63,012 nt of DNA, filler included, from Octopus bimaculoides (GCF_001194135.2; 6 parts of 6 records of this genome joined end to end with filler, not necessarily neighbours in it), one strand, 5' to 3'. Counted from the whole stretch's first letter, positions 40,080 through 52,973 are shown. Numbers and translations: made by a program. Notes: generated by a model not told the origin, from the letters alone.

Positions 40080-40830
40080 TACCTTGAGTCAAAAATCTCA
40101 GTTTTTCTCTCAAACAAAGCTCACATCGCATTTTTGATTTGAGGCAAAAAGTGCAAGATATGCAGGATGTGACTAGAGATAATTATTCAATCCGTGCAAA
40201 ATGCTTTCTAAACAAGTTTAAACACCAAGAGACTGGAATGCTTTGGTTTTTCTCCGGTAAGAAAAATTTTGACCGGGACCAAAAGGTAAAGCCAAGAACG
40301 ACAAATGATTTTGCAGTGACTTGAATTGAATGATATTCCAACTGTCTTGCATGCTAAGTTCCCAGCAACTGTGATAGTTCTGGGAGTCGTCAACAACGAG
40401 GGAGATGCCATGCATCCTCACTTTTTTTCACACGGCTTAAGAGTCAATACCGCTATCTACACAGGGGTGTTGGAGAAAGTTGTGAGGTCTTGTATAGACA
40501 GAATACGCAACGGAAAAGCGTACGTCTTCCAACAAGACTGCGCTGCTTCATATTACTAGGACAACCCAAGCGTGAATGCGCGCCAATCTCCACCACCAAG
40601 TTCTCCCAGATACATGGCCTCCTAGCTCTCCAGCCCTCAATCCACTGGACTATTATGTATGGGGCATAGACGAGGGAGAGGTCAGTCAACAACCTCATAA
40701 CACCATATAATCTCTCAAGTCAGTTATAACCAGCATTGTGCTCAAAATTGATAAAGATCATCTGATTCAGGCATATCAACGCTTCATAGCGATACATAAC
40801 CTGCATAAAAACCTCGCTTTCGCGTATACA
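40080..40830 (+). pseudogene. DD37D (maT-like) transposase relic, same type as 25040-25865
   Basis: LWFFSGKKNFDRDQKV, KFPATVIVLGVVNNEGDAMHPHFF, KAYVFQQDCAA, PSSPALNPLDYYVWG. Confidence 0.8.
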
Positions 40831-40999
40831 CACACTCGATGTGCTTATTTCTATTTTTTCTGTTCACTAGATGTTGTCCGAGTAATACTCAAAGGTTACC
40901 TGAACCGATTTTATGCCTCTGCCTCCATCCCTCCGTTTTACATATATACTGTCGACGTCACTGTTGATATGGAAGTTACGAGTGGATGTTAATACTTTC

Positions 41000-41390
41000 C
41001 TAGTTCTGATGTCTAGGGTGTAGATATTTCAAGTGTTCAGTCTATTATATCAAATGTATGAGATATTCTCATCAAGTGCGAGATATTTGTAGCATCCGTC
41101 GTTAGAGATAGCGGATATAATCAAGGCATTGGTGTTCATATTTTCTACCAGGTCAATAATCTTTCCTCGTTTAACTAACAAATATGAGCACTTATCCTGA
41201 CCGAATTCATTCTTATATCCAGTAAGAATGCTGTGACTAATTCTAACTGTTTCTTGGTGTCATAGATGTTACTTAATTACAGCACGAGGTCGTCAACAAA
41301 AAGGGCTTGGGTGACATTAATTTTTCTGTCCTATGTAGATTCTTCCATATAGTCTTTGCATTTTCTCAACAGGACTGATAAGGGGTTCAA
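41000..41390 (-). pseudogene. RT fragment of an R4/Dong-like LINE
   Basis: Minus strand LNPLSVLLRKC...VTQALFVDDLVL...EFGQDKCSYLLVKRGKII...YKYLALDE. Confidence 0.7.
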
Positions 41391-41729
41391 TGTATGTGTG
41401 TGTGCCACGCACGTCTCTGTGTGTGAATGCGTGTGCGCAGCTGCGTATATCTGTGTCTGTTAACATCCTAGCCTAAAATAAACTTTTAAAAAAGGGTGTC
41501 AGTTGCTTTTCGAAAAGCAGAAAATGATGAAATAAGTGCCCGGCAGAAAATAACTCTAAAACCATTTCAAGTGGTTTCTGTCATCGACATACAACCATGC
41601 CGGAGCATCGCCTTTCAAAGCATGCCCCAGCATGGCCGTAGTCCGATAACAGAAGCCACTGAAAGAGTACACTACGATTATTTCAGATTAATTTTCTCTA
41701 TTCTTGATTCCTTTTCTTTCACACTGACT

Positions 41730-42100
41730 AATTGTATCTTCACTACCACCACCACTGCCACCACCACCATCACCACCACCACCATCACCACCACCACCGT
41801 CTCTACTACCACCACTTCTGTTTTCATCATCGTTAGCACTACTACTACCATCACTGCAAACGACCACCTTCACCGCTGCTACCTATACTGCAAATCAACA
41901 TTACGTCAGTAAACTCTATCGTTACCAACATATCTTCAACGATTGCAAACTATATTGCACCAGCATAACCACTACCACCTGCACCAGCGTAACCACTACC
42001 ATCCTCCCACCAATGCCACCGCCACCACTAAAATATTCCTACAAATTTCTCTTCCACTAACACAACCACTAACACCACCAACGCCCCCACAACCAATTGT
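41730..42100. repeat. (ACC/ACT)n low-complexity tract
   Basis: Directly visible. Confidence 0.75.
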
Positions 42101-42463
42101 CTTTTAATTATCCGTGCACTACAACAGGAAGTTAGCGTACGGTAAGCTAACTTCCTGTTGGGTCACTTGGGTTGCAGATGAGTTGAAAATATAAAAAATG
42201 ATGGAAAAAAAATGAAAACCGGAACGAGCAAACGACACATGGCGAGGGTAAGGACAAGTGAAGGAGAAGGGGAAGGAGAAGGAACTAAGGAATGAGTAGG
42301 AGGAAGGGAGGAACAGATGAACGAAGAGTAGGAGAAATAAGAGGAGAAGGAACAAGAAAAAATAGACGATCGAGAGAGGGTCGAAGTGAAAATGAAGAAA
42401 AAGAGTGTGGCAGGAGGAGCATTTGAGTGTGATGGTGTATGCCATTCCTCGATCGAGCCAACG

Positions 42464-42494
<31 letters not shown>

Positions 42495-42500
<6 letters not shown>

Positions 42501-42700
42501 CGTGAATGCGTATAGATTGCAGCCATGCTGGAGCACTGTTTTCAAGGGTTTAGTCGGACAATTCGATACTAGTAGTTAATTTTAAGCATACGATTTATTG
42601 TGTTGGTCTCTTTTGCCGAATCGCTAGTTTTCAGTGGCGTAAACGCACCAGCACTAGTTGTGAAGTAGTAAGGCAACACACAAAAGAAAAGGCACACATT
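42495..42700 (-). mobile_element. SINE family B 3' half
   Basis: GCAGCCATGCTGGAGCAC...GGTCTCTTTTGCCGAATCGCTAAG-like...CGTAAACGCACCAGCAC. Confidence 0.7.
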
Positions 42701-43147
42701 CACACATACATACATACATACATACTTGTGTGTGTGTGGTGACAGGCTAAAATGAGATGAACAGTACACAGGTTTTACATCAGTGTTCCTCTCTTAATAG
42801 AACGCTGTGGAAACAACTGGGGTCCTTCACTCCGATTAATTTACTGAACGCCCTGACACTAACCAAGGGTATTTCTGCATCCCCGTGCTCAGATGGATTG
42901 TCATCACATGTGGCAGTTATCCTATATCTGACTCCCTTACAAGTGCTACTGTTCCGATCAGAGTAGACCTGGGAACAATTATGGTTTACAGGTGATTCCA
43001 CACTCCTCAAAACCCTTGAAATTCTGAACCAGAGCTCCACTACAGGATGCAGATTAAAGTCATACCCAGGTCATTCATACATACATACATACATACATAC
43101 ATACATACATTCATTCATTCATTTATTGATTCATTTATTCATTCATT

Positions 43148-43348
43148 TCAAATTTTGGTACCGGGCCAGCAATTTCGAGGAAGGGGCCACGCAAATTACA
43201 TCGACCCCTGTGTTCAACTGATGCGTATTTTAACGATTCGAAAGGATGAAAGGCAAGTCGGCCTCGGTGGAATTTGAACTCAGTACGTAAGGACAGACGG
43301 AATACCGCTAACTGTTTTTCTCCGGCGTGCTAACAATTCTACCAGCTG
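43148..43348 (-). mobile_element. SINE family A (tail type 2)
   Basis: TTTCAAATTTTGGTACCGGGCCAGCAATT...TTACATCGACCCC...GAATTTGAACTCAG...GCGTGCTAACAATTCTACCAGCT. Confidence 0.8.
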
Positions 43349-44352
43349 ACCTTATATATTTATTTNNNNNNNNNNNNNNNNNNNNNNNNNNNNNNNNNNN
43401 NNNNNNNNNNNNNNNNNNNNNNNNNNNNNNNNNNNNNNNNNNNNNNNNNNNNNNNNNNNNNNNNNNNNNNNNNNNNNNNNNNNNNNNNNNNNNNNNNNNN
43501 NNNNNNNNNNNNNNNNNNNNNNNNNNNNNNNNNNNNNNNNNNNNNNNNNNNNNNNNNNNNNNNNNNNNNNNNNNNNNNNNNNNNNNNNNNNNNNNNNNNN
43601 NNNNNNNNNNNNNNNNNNNNNNNNNNNNNNNNNNNNNNNNNNNNNNNNNNNNNNNNNNNNNNNNNNNNNNNNNNNNNNNNNNNNNNNNNNNNNNNNNNNN
43701 NNNNNNNNNNNNNNNNNNNNNNNNNNNNNNNNNNNNNNNNNNNNNNNNNNNNNNNNNNNNNNNNNNNNNNNNNNNNNNNNNNNNNNNNNNNNNNNNNNNN
43801 NNNNNNNNNNNNNNNNNNNNNNNNNNNNNNNNNNNNNNNNNNNNNNNNNNNNNNNNNNNNNNNNNNNNNNNNNNNNNNNNNNNNNNNNNNNNNNNNNNNN
43901 NNNNNNNNNNNNNNNNNNNNNNNNNNNNNNNNNNNNNNNNNNNNNNNNNNNNNNNNNNNNNNNNNNNNNNNNNNNNNNNNNNNNNNNNNNNNNNNNNNNN
44001 NNNNNNNNNNNNNNNNNNNNNNNNNNNNNNNNNNNNNNNNNNNNNNNNNNNNNNNNNNNNNNNNNNNNNNNNNNNNNNNNNNNNNNNNNNNNNNNNNNNN
44101 NNNNNNNNNNNNNNNNNNNNNNNNNNNNNNNNNNNNNNNNNNNNNNNNNNNNNNNNNNNNNNNNNNNNNNNNNNNNNNNNNNNNNNNNNNNNNNNNNNNN
44201 NNNNNNNNNNNNNNNNNNNNNNNNNNNNNNNNNNNNNNNNNNNNNNNNNNNNNNNNNNNNNNNNNNNNNNNNNNNNNNNNNNNNNNNNNNNNNNNNNNNN
44301 NNNNNNNNNNTATAATAAATGGAGCAAAACGCATATAAACAAAAGTTTCTTT

Positions 44353-44443
44353 AATTCCTACATATGTTTCAAAATATATGTGCACTCTACTCCAAAGAAG
44401 TAAGAGGTGCTGGAATTGCACATATATTCATCGTCAGGAAACC
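44353..44443 (-). ncRNA. Type I hammerhead ribozyme motif (left arm)
   Basis: GGTTTC-CTGACGA-T-GAATATATGTGCA...TGCACATATATTT-T-GAAA-CATATG-TA|GGAATT. Confidence 0.65.
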
Positions 44444-44508
44444 AACATATAGAGACAAGACAAATGCGAAATTATCATCATTTCGCATTTGTCTTCTTTG
44501 TATACGTT

Positions 44509-44599
44509 GGTTCCCTGACGATGAATATATGTACAATTCCAGCGCCGCTTACTTCTTTGGAGTAGAGTGCACATATATTTTGAAACATATGTAGGAATT
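44509..44599 (+). ncRNA. Type I hammerhead ribozyme motif (right arm)
   Basis: GGTTCC-CTGACGA(44515-21)-stem II AATATATGT/ACATATATT-GAAA(44582-85)-CATATG-TA|GGAATT; stem I TTCC/GGAA; GUA site after 44593. Confidence 0.75.
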
Positions 44600-45589
44600 A
44601 AACGAACTTTTGTTTATATGCGTTTTGCTCCATTTATTATTATTATTCATATCTACTCAAAATGCATCGTTTTAACTTGGTATCTCTACCTATAAAACGG
44701 GTGTGATATCCTGTTGTTTTTTGTGATTTTTGCTACCCATGGCAACTATTAACATATTTACATTGTCAAGGTTTTTTTAAACCGAGATAATATTAATATA
44801 TACATAAATTAATATGTATATANNNNNNNNNNNNNNNNNNNNNNNNNNNNNNNNNNNNNNNNNNNNNNNNNNNNNNNNNNNNNNNNNNNNNNNNNNNNNN
44901 NNNNNNNNNNNNNNNNNNNNNNNNNNNNNNNNNNNNNNNNNNNNNNNNNNNNNNNNNNNNNNNNNNNNNNNNNNNNNNNNNNNNNNNNNNNNNNNNNNNN
45001 NNNNNNNNNNNNNNNNNNNNNNNNNNNNNNNNNNNNNNNNNNNNNNNNNNNNNNNNNNNNNNNNNNNNNNNNNNNNNNNNNNNNNNNNNNNNNNNNNNNN
45101 NNNNNNNNNNNNNNNNNNNNNNNNNNNNNNNNNNNNNNNNNNNNNNNNNNNNNNNNNNNNNNNNNNNNNNNNNNNNNNNNNNNNNNNNNNNNNNNNNNNN
45201 NNNNNNNNNNNNNNNNNNNNNNNNNNNNNNNNNNNNNNNNNNNNNNNNNNNNNNNNNNNNNNNNNNNNNNNNNNNNNNNNNNNNNNNNNNNNNNNNNNNN
45301 NNNNNNNNNNNNNNNNNNNNNNNNNNNNNNNNNNNNNNNNNNNNNNNNNNNNNNNNNNNNNNNNNNNNNNNNNNNNNNNNNNNNNNNNNNNNNNNNNNNN
45401 NNNNNNNNNNNNNNNNNNNNNNNNNNNNNNNNNNNNNNNNNNNNNNNNNNNNNNNNNNNNNNNNNCCTTTCTCCCCTCCCCATTTTCACACATACATACG
45501 TCAAGATCACCAGCATTTTATCTCTCACACACAGCCCCTCGTTCTTCGATCACCGTTCTTTCTCCCCCTTTTCTTAGCTCTCCTGTGTA

Positions 45590-45820
45590 AAATTTCTAAC
45601 TTCCGGTCAGCCATTCCTATGATTGACCGTTGACTGAACACTATTCAATTTTTTTTTCTCCGTGTTTTTCTCCTTGTCTCCGTATTCTTTCTGTTGAAGA
45701 GCGTAGCTCGAAACGTTAAAGACTTTCCGTATTCCCGAGCGTCATACTAATACATCCTTTTGTTGTTTACACCACCTGTCCTCGTCTGTTGTTGTTTTTT
45801 CGTACATTCTTCCATATAAA
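45590..45820 (+). mobile_element. Penelope-type pLTR-like repeat
   Basis: Contains a hammerhead-like motif; its 3' part is repeated at 22921-22984. Confidence 0.55.
45686..45722 (+). ncRNA. Minimal type I hammerhead-like motif with a variant core (A6 to U)
   Basis: TCTTT-CTGTTGA-A-GAGC-GTA-GCTC-GAAA-CG-TT|AAAGA: perfect 5-bp stem I, 4-bp stem II, palindromic ACGT. Confidence 0.55.
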
Positions 45821-46149
45821 AATAATGGCTTGTTTCAGAAAAACAAAGATATATACATACAAATAAATAATTTGAAGTGGAATTAAGAAGCATTAAAATC
45901 ATTATTATGAGCCAATATAGAAAGTCATACCGGTTTTGTCATTACTGTTCACTAACTTTGAATCAACACCGATTTCCAAACGGTGTTGGCTCTAATAGTA
46001 CCTGAGTGAAAAGATTGCATGCAAGGGAGGTAAGCAGTTTTGAAAGTGATGCAATTAAGATTAAAGAATATGAATGGTATATGAGATGTATGAGGATTAG
46101 TGAGATTATTGGTATTAGTAAGGTTAGTAATGTCCAGCATTAAGTTGTG

Positions 46150-46370
46150 AGTTCATGTTAAGTTGTGGTTGACATTTATATTAATGAAAGTTGCCACTTT
46201 ATTTAGCTTTTGCTGCACTGAAGTGTTCTGAGAACATTGGTAAAAAGGGAAAATTAGGAAGTTTGGTTTAAGGTTCCTAACACAACTACCTATGTGCTCA
46301 CTGACTTGTATCTGTCTATTGTGGGAACCGGATTTGTTCTTTGTGAAGTGTTGTTCTTCGTCTGAAGGAC

Positions 46371-46372
<2 letters not shown>
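46150..46372 (-). pseudogene. Penelope-like GIY-YIG endonuclease C-terminal fragment
   Basis: HNRQIQVSEHIGSCVRNLKPNFLIFPFYQCSQNTSVQQKLNKVATFI resembles PLE endonuclease ends (recalled family pattern). Confidence 0.5.
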
Positions 46373-46405
<33 letters not shown>

Positions 46406-46704
46406 NNNNNNNNNNNNNNNNNNNNNNNNNNNNNNNNNNNNNNNNNNNNNNNNNNNNNNNNNNNNNNNNNNNNNNNNNNNNNNNNNNNNNNNNNNNNNNN
46501 NNNNNNNNNNNNNNNNNNNNNNNNNNNNNNNNNNNNNNNNNNNNNNNNNNNNNNNNNNNNNNNNNNNNNNNNNNNNNNNNNNNNNNNNNNNNNNNNNNNN
46601 NNNNNNNNNNNNNNNNNNNNNNNNNNNNNNNNNNNNNNNNNNNNNNNNNNNNNNNNNNNNNNNNNNNNNNNNNNNNNNNNNNNNNNNNNNNNNNNNNNNN
46701 NNNN

Positions 46705-46756
<52 letters not shown>

Positions 46757-47214
46757 AATATCAGGGACTGCATTTTCTAATGTATTCTTAAAGGTGATGC
46801 TGGTTATATAGTTTGTTGGAAATTATTGCTAAACTCCAGATCAGTTCAAATTGAGCAAACCTATCTAGTCTTGAATCTCACATCTTTATGTATATCGGCG
46901 AGTGTGTTTTACGTCATCTGTTCGATCCGTTTTTTGTTTTCTTTTTGAAAGAACTCAAATCACAAAGTAGAGTGCAACGTATTTTAATAGAAGCTCAACA
47001 TTCACAAATCGCCATTCTATTGCGAATATTGAGTACACTTTTTTTCCCTTCTGTTTATACACACATGAGCGGCGTGTTAATTTCTAGTAGAGTTGAAAAA
47101 GGTAAACAATTTGTTTTGTGTGAGTCCATGTGTCTCTATGTGTTTGCGCATGTGTATTTTATGTGAGGGCGCTTGAATAGTTGTTCACAATATATAGACA
47201 TATTAAGAATGAAA

Positions 47215-47425
47215 CGTTAGCCTGCCGGGCAAAATCTTTACCATACCGGGTCAAAAGCTTGGCGACATTTCGTCCGTCTTTACGTTCTGAGTTCAAATTT
47301 CTCCGAGGTCCTTTCATTCTTTCGGGGTCGATAAAATAAGTACGAACCTATTACTTGAGTCGATGAAATCAATTTACCCCACCTACCCCGAAGTTGCTGG
47401 CCTTGTGCCAAAACTTGAAACCAAT
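47215..47425 (+). mobile_element. SINE family A (tail type 2)
   Basis: CGTTAGCCTGCCGGGCAAAA...TTACGTTCTGAGTTCAAATT...GCTGGCCTTGTGCCAAAACTTGAAACC. Confidence 0.8.
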
Positions 47426-48024
47426 TTATGTACATATTTATACAAATATATTCGTAAACATATTTATGCATGTGTCTCTGCATACATACGTGTATGGATG
47501 GATGAATAAATGCATGCATGTATATATGTGAATATTGTGAATATTTGAATTATGTGTGCATGTATTATATGTGTGTGTGTGAGAGAGCGTGGATGTTTCG
47601 CTGTACGTGTATTTATATTACGTGGTTTGTATACTTGTATATGTGTAATGTGTCCATGTATGAACGCATATGTGTGTGTGTGTTTGTGTTAATATGCCAA
47701 TCATTGGCCAGAACTTTATAGAAAAAAAAACTGAATAAAGACAAAGACAAAAGATGAATTGCAAAAAAATCATGGAAACCTGGGTTATTAAGTCAGTAAT
47801 GGAGAGCAACAGCGACAGTAAGAACAGTAACAACAATAACAACAAACAAACAAACAAATAATAGAAACAATAACAACAATTGCATAAACAGCAAAGTTTG
47901 GGTCACTGAGTCGAACGAAATGATTTGAAAGACAAGAAACTAACTGGATTGAGGAGTCACAGAGTCTGAAACGGATAAAAAATCGCATCAGCATCTCCGG
48001 TGAAAAGAACAAAAATGAGCTTCA

Positions 48025-48049
48025 TGTGAGTGTGCATGTGTGCGTGTGT

Positions 48050-48147
<98 letters not shown>

Positions 48148-48346
48148 GTGTATTTTTTTTGTGTAGGGTTTGTGTGAGTACGAATGGTTGTGCATATGTG
48201 TGTATGTGTGTGTATATGCACATGCGTGTTCGCTGTTTTTGTGCATGTGTATGTGAGTGTGGGTGGGTGGGTAGTTGTGTGTATGTGAATGGGTGTACAT
48301 GTATGTGGGTGTATGTTCGTGAATATATTCGTGTGTATGTATGTGT

Positions 48347-48377
<31 letters not shown>

Positions 48378-49020
48378 CATCTATATATATGTATGTTTAT
48401 GGGGAATATCGGTACTTGAGCGTGTGTATTTGGGTGAATGCGTTTGCGTCTGTGTGTATGTATAATTGCTTGTATGAATATTGATTTGTGTATGTATATG
48501 TATGTGCATATACATGTGTGTATATGTACACATATATGTATGTGTGCATGCATGTGGCTGTTTAAATGAGTGGCTGTAAATACGTTTATATGTTTTTAAC
48601 AATTATTTGAAGGAGGAGGAAGAGGAAGAGAAGGGGAGGGATGACAATGGCCTTGACAATATCTCTTTCTCATCGACATCACACACAACCAATATTCACA
48701 CACTCACATAAGCACACATACACATGCAAGCACACACATACACACAAACATACGATGCACGCACACAAACACACACACAGATATGCTGGCACACATACAT
48801 AAACAGACACGCATACACATACATGCATAGACCCCCGTACATATGTGTGTGGGTTATGCATTTGTGTGTGTCATACACACACAAATGCCTAACCCACATA
48901 CACATACTTCCACATACATACCCCTACATAAACGCACCCATATACACTACTCACACACACATACACACATAAATACACACACACAGACACAAACACACAT
49001 ACATAAACGCACAAACACTA
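48025..49020. repeat. (GT)n tract followed by a (CA)n degenerate tract
   Basis: Directly visible. Confidence 0.9.
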
Positions 49021-49294
49021 ACCCGCACTCACTCACCTCCACCATCACCTCCACCATCATACAAACCAACAGACACGCAGATCGTTGTGATCGCAGTTCA
49101 GCTTGACCTTGTGTGGGCTGATCTTTGCAGAAAGCAAAAAACGAGGGCGTTGAATGAACTTTAGTGGCGGGTAGGATGTAGTTGTGAGACGGAAAGATTG
49201 ACAGAGTATTTAAGTGTTCAGTATTGTTGGGGTTGGGTGTAAGCGTATCTGAAGACTTTATTCAACATAAACTGAGTTAATATAATATTCAACT

Positions 49295-49480
49295 AATGCG
49301 GCGACCTTGCAGAATCGTTAACGCGCCGGACCAAATTGTTTTAGCGGCATTTCGTCCGTCTTTACGTACAGAGTTCAAATACCGCCGTGGTTGACTTTAC
49401 TTTTCATCCTTTCAGAGTCGATGTAATCGACTTACTCCCTCCATAGAAATTTCTGGCCTTGTTCCAAAATTTGAAACTAA
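49295..49480 (+). mobile_element. SINE family A (tail type 2), internally deleted
   Basis: GCGGCGACCTTGCAGAATCGTTAACGCGCCGG...CTGGCCTTGTTCCAAAATTTGAAAC. Confidence 0.8.
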
Positions 49481-50095
49481 TATAACATTGAACTCAGCAA
49501 AACTTTGTGAATCATTTCAAGTGAGTAACATTCTCTTTCATGATGAGGCACTTTTAACACTTGTTAATAGAGAAAATATTAAAGGTGAATTTGTTTTATC
49601 TTTTTCTTTTTCTTTTTTTGGTTTTTTTTTTTTCATAATAAAATAATCAATTTAATCTCTTGTTTGGACCAGTAGATTTCTAGAATATTCATAAATTGTT
49701 TTGCGGTTATAAAGAATTCATTGATTCAGCCTACATAGTTTATTGTAAATGATTTTCCCGACAGGACCTCCAAGATTGTTGGGAGAAGCAGGGGAGGGGT
49801 CTGACCTGAATGCTTTCGATAAGGATACTTACAGGCTAGATGACTGGGTTAATGCTGTTTGTTTTTCTGCAGTTCTGCAGTCGTTGACTTACATTTGTTC
49901 AATAGGAACGTTGAACTGCATCGATTTCGGAGTCCCCTTTCCTCAGACTAGGCCAATGCAAAAGAACAGACGAAGAAACAGACGACGGATTAAAAGTGTT
50001 CGGTCATGTAGGATTCAAGAGATTATGTCAGAAAGAATATTTATCATTTTTGGTCAATGAAGAAAAACAAAACCTTTATATTTAGTGATTCAATA

Positions 50096-51009
50096 TACGA
50101 GGTGCATTCCAAAAGTTTTGAAACTTTTTTAGGTGAGGCAGTTTTAACTGTTCTAGATCATTGCAGTTTTAGTGTATCATTACTATACATTTAATAAGCT
50201 GACCTGCTAACTTTTGTTATTCCAGATTGAAGGAGACGGTTGTAACAGCACTTTGAACACACTACTAAACACTGCTCATCACGGCTGACTAGATTTCAGA
50301 ATGCAATCACGACGTGAAGACAATTTAGAAGCTCACTATGAATTAAAGTTTTGTTTTAAACTGGGCAAAAATGCTACAGAAAATTATAAAATACTCCAGA
50401 CTGCTAATGAGCCAGACTGCTAATGAGCCAGACTGCTAATGAGCCAGACTGCTAATGAGCCAGACTGCTAATGAGCCAGACTGCTAATGAGCCAGACTAC
50501 TTTTTCGCTGACAAGCAAGTTTCACCAGGAAGTTCGTGATGATCCCCTTTTTTCAACAGCAAGGACATCATCTACATCCTCTGGATTCCTTCTGGTCAAA
50601 AGATTAACAAAGAGTACGTTGTAGTGGTTTTGAGGGAGTTCACGAAGAGATTTCGCCGCAAAAGAAAACACCTGCACCAGGACAATGCACCAGTCAACAA
50701 TTCCATTCTGGTAACCAACTATTTGACAAAGATGGGCAACAAAGATTTCTTCACCTTCCCTACAGTCCAAACTTTGCTCTCTGTGACTTTTAGTTGTTTT
50801 CCAAGCTGAAGGAGAAAATGAAGGAGGCTGTGGTAAGGATTCTGGACACCTTCAGTCTGGAGACTTCCATGGGGCCTTCACAAAGTGACTGGAGTGCTAC
50901 AAGTGCATTGATGTCAGAGGATACTACTTTGTAGGAGACTAGTTTTGTACCTCTTTGAAATTGATAAGTGTCTCTCTTGGAAAAATCTCAAAACTTCTGG
51001 AATACACCC
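50096..51009 (+). mobile_element. Internally deleted mariner-type element with TIRs
   Basis: TA-CGAGGTGCATTCCAAAAGTTTTGAAAC / CTCAAAACTTCTGGAATACACCC; KHLHQDNAPVNNSILVTNYL; homologous to 28300-29169. Confidence 0.85.
50396..50500 (+). repeat. 16-bp minisatellite (CCAGACTGCTAATGAG), six copies plus a partial
   Basis: Perfect tandem copies inside the mariner relic. Confidence 0.95.
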
Positions 51010-51877
51010 AGCAGGGCAGGAAACATGGAGACCAGGCTTTTCATCATAAGCTTGGTCAGTGTTAACTGATCTGTAACTAAACAACAACAGTAACACATCA
51101 TGATAAAGTACACTGTTAGTTTAATTTTCAAATTCCATGGTGAAAACGTGAAAACACCAGTTGGTGTTTGAGACGGGGAGAAAAGTAGTAAGCGAGGAGG
51201 ATGCATGAAAGCATGTTGTTATTTTTCTTTGTCTTACTCCTGATCGAGGCGAACTATAATCAGTTGTTCTAGCTGTAACTATCCCGTACTTTTTTTCTGT
51301 CAGACAGCTAATATAGAACCTGATAAAAAAAAGATAAGAAAACAAAATTGTTGTGGCTGGGACGCTTTTTAATGTTACCATAGATCAACTCGATCAGAGC
51401 TGACCTGGGGCTAAATAGCAACAACCTAAACGCTAACAATAACAACAAAAATTACGTAAGATTGTGTTCTTGCTTTCCACGAACCAATCAAACGCTCTTA
51501 TTCTCACCATCCAATCAACATTCAATGATAACGGTGCCAGATATCTAAGAATATTGCTGAAGAGAGAAATATCCATCGCTGATATCAAACTTTAGCAATA
51601 TAATACTTCAGCGATCATCATCATCATCATAATCATTATTATTATTAAGTAATATCTGTCACCAATCAGTCGCGATTTCAAATTCATTCAATAACAACGA
51701 TGTACACGGTGTAATGATGTCTTCGATGAAAAGCAGACAATATTACAATAAATATAACCATCAAAAATATATGTAAAAAAAGAGGCACTGAAAGGAAATA
51801 AAGTCTAAATATTCTCTGGGTTTTCCAGCTTATTCTTAATTTATTTATGTCAGATCTGATCTGTAAGACAAAACGGG

Positions 51878-51927
<50 letters not shown>

Positions 51928-52134
51928 TACATACATACATACATACATACATACATACATACGTAAATACATACTCAAGTAGAATGCGGTATCGGATTTT
52001 ATGCAGTGCTCACTTTTTATCCCTGAAGATCACTGATAAATTCTCTCGCCTTATCCTCGAGTACCAGGCTCCTGTTCAATTTATGCCCTTTGTGTTCTGA
52101 GTTTCCCGCATGGGCGCAAGCGTTACTGTGTCGT

Positions 52135-52245
52135 TAAGAACCTCTCTTTGCAACCATAGAGTTTCGGTTTCCATCTCACTGCGGGTCACCTTCGACAAGC
52201 GTCTTCTACAATAGACGGAAACCGAGTGGGAATTCCGTCGTATAT
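52135..52245 (+). mobile_element. SINE family B head with internal deletion
   Basis: GCAACCATAGAGTTTCGGTTTCCATCTCACTGCGGGTCACC...GTCTTCTACAATAGACGGAAAC...CCGTCGTATAT. Confidence 0.55.
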
Positions 52246-52254
52246 CTTCATTTT

Positions 52255-52480
52255 TCAACTCTTACTTTCTTCAGTCATTAGGTTGCGGCCATGATGGGGC
52301 ACCGCCTTTTTAACTTTTAGTTGAATGAATCGACCCCAGTACTTACTTTATCCTTAAGCCTGGAATTTATACTATCGCTCTATTTTGCCAAACCGCTAAT
52401 TTAAGGGATGCAAACACACCAACACCGGCTGTGAAGCAGTGGTGGCGGGGACAAACACTGGTACAAAGACACACACACAT
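52255..52480 (-). mobile_element. SINE family B 3' half
   Basis: CAGTCATTAGGTTGCGGCCATGATGGGGCACCGCC...GAATCGACCCCAGTACTTA...AAACACACCAACACCGG. Confidence 0.8.
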
Positions 52481-52973
52481 AGATATATATACATACATAC
52501 ATATATATATATATATANNNNNNNNNNNNNNNNNNNNNNNNNNNNNNNNNNNNNNNNNNNNNNNNNNNNNNNNNNNNNNNNNNNNNNNNNNNNNNNNNNN
52601 NNNNNNNNNNNNNNNNNNNNNNNNNNNNNNNNNNNNNNNNNNNNNNNNNNNNNNNNNNNNNNNNNNNNNNNNNNNNNNNNNNNNNNNNNNNNNNNNNNNN
52701 NNNNNNNNNNNNNNNNNNNNNNNNNNNNNNNNNNNNNNNNNNNNNNNNNNNNNNNNNNNNNNNNNNNNNNNNNNNNNNNNNNNNNNNNNNNNNNNNNNNN
52801 NNNNNNNNNNNNNNNNNNNNNNNNNNNNNNNNNNNNNNNNNNNNNNNNNNNNNNNNNNNNNNNNNNNNNNNNNNNNNNNNNNNNNNNNNNNNNNNNNNNN
52901 NNNNNNNNNNNNNNNNNNNNNNNNNNNNNNNNNNNNNNNNNNNNNNNNNNNNNNNNNNNNNNNNNNNNNNNNN

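Larger units (their letters stand above)
44312..44640. repeat. Foldback palindrome: 161-bp arms, 7-nt spacer, about 10 mismatches
   Basis: 44312-44472 is the reverse complement of 44480-44640; spacer TATCATC. Confidence 0.95.
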
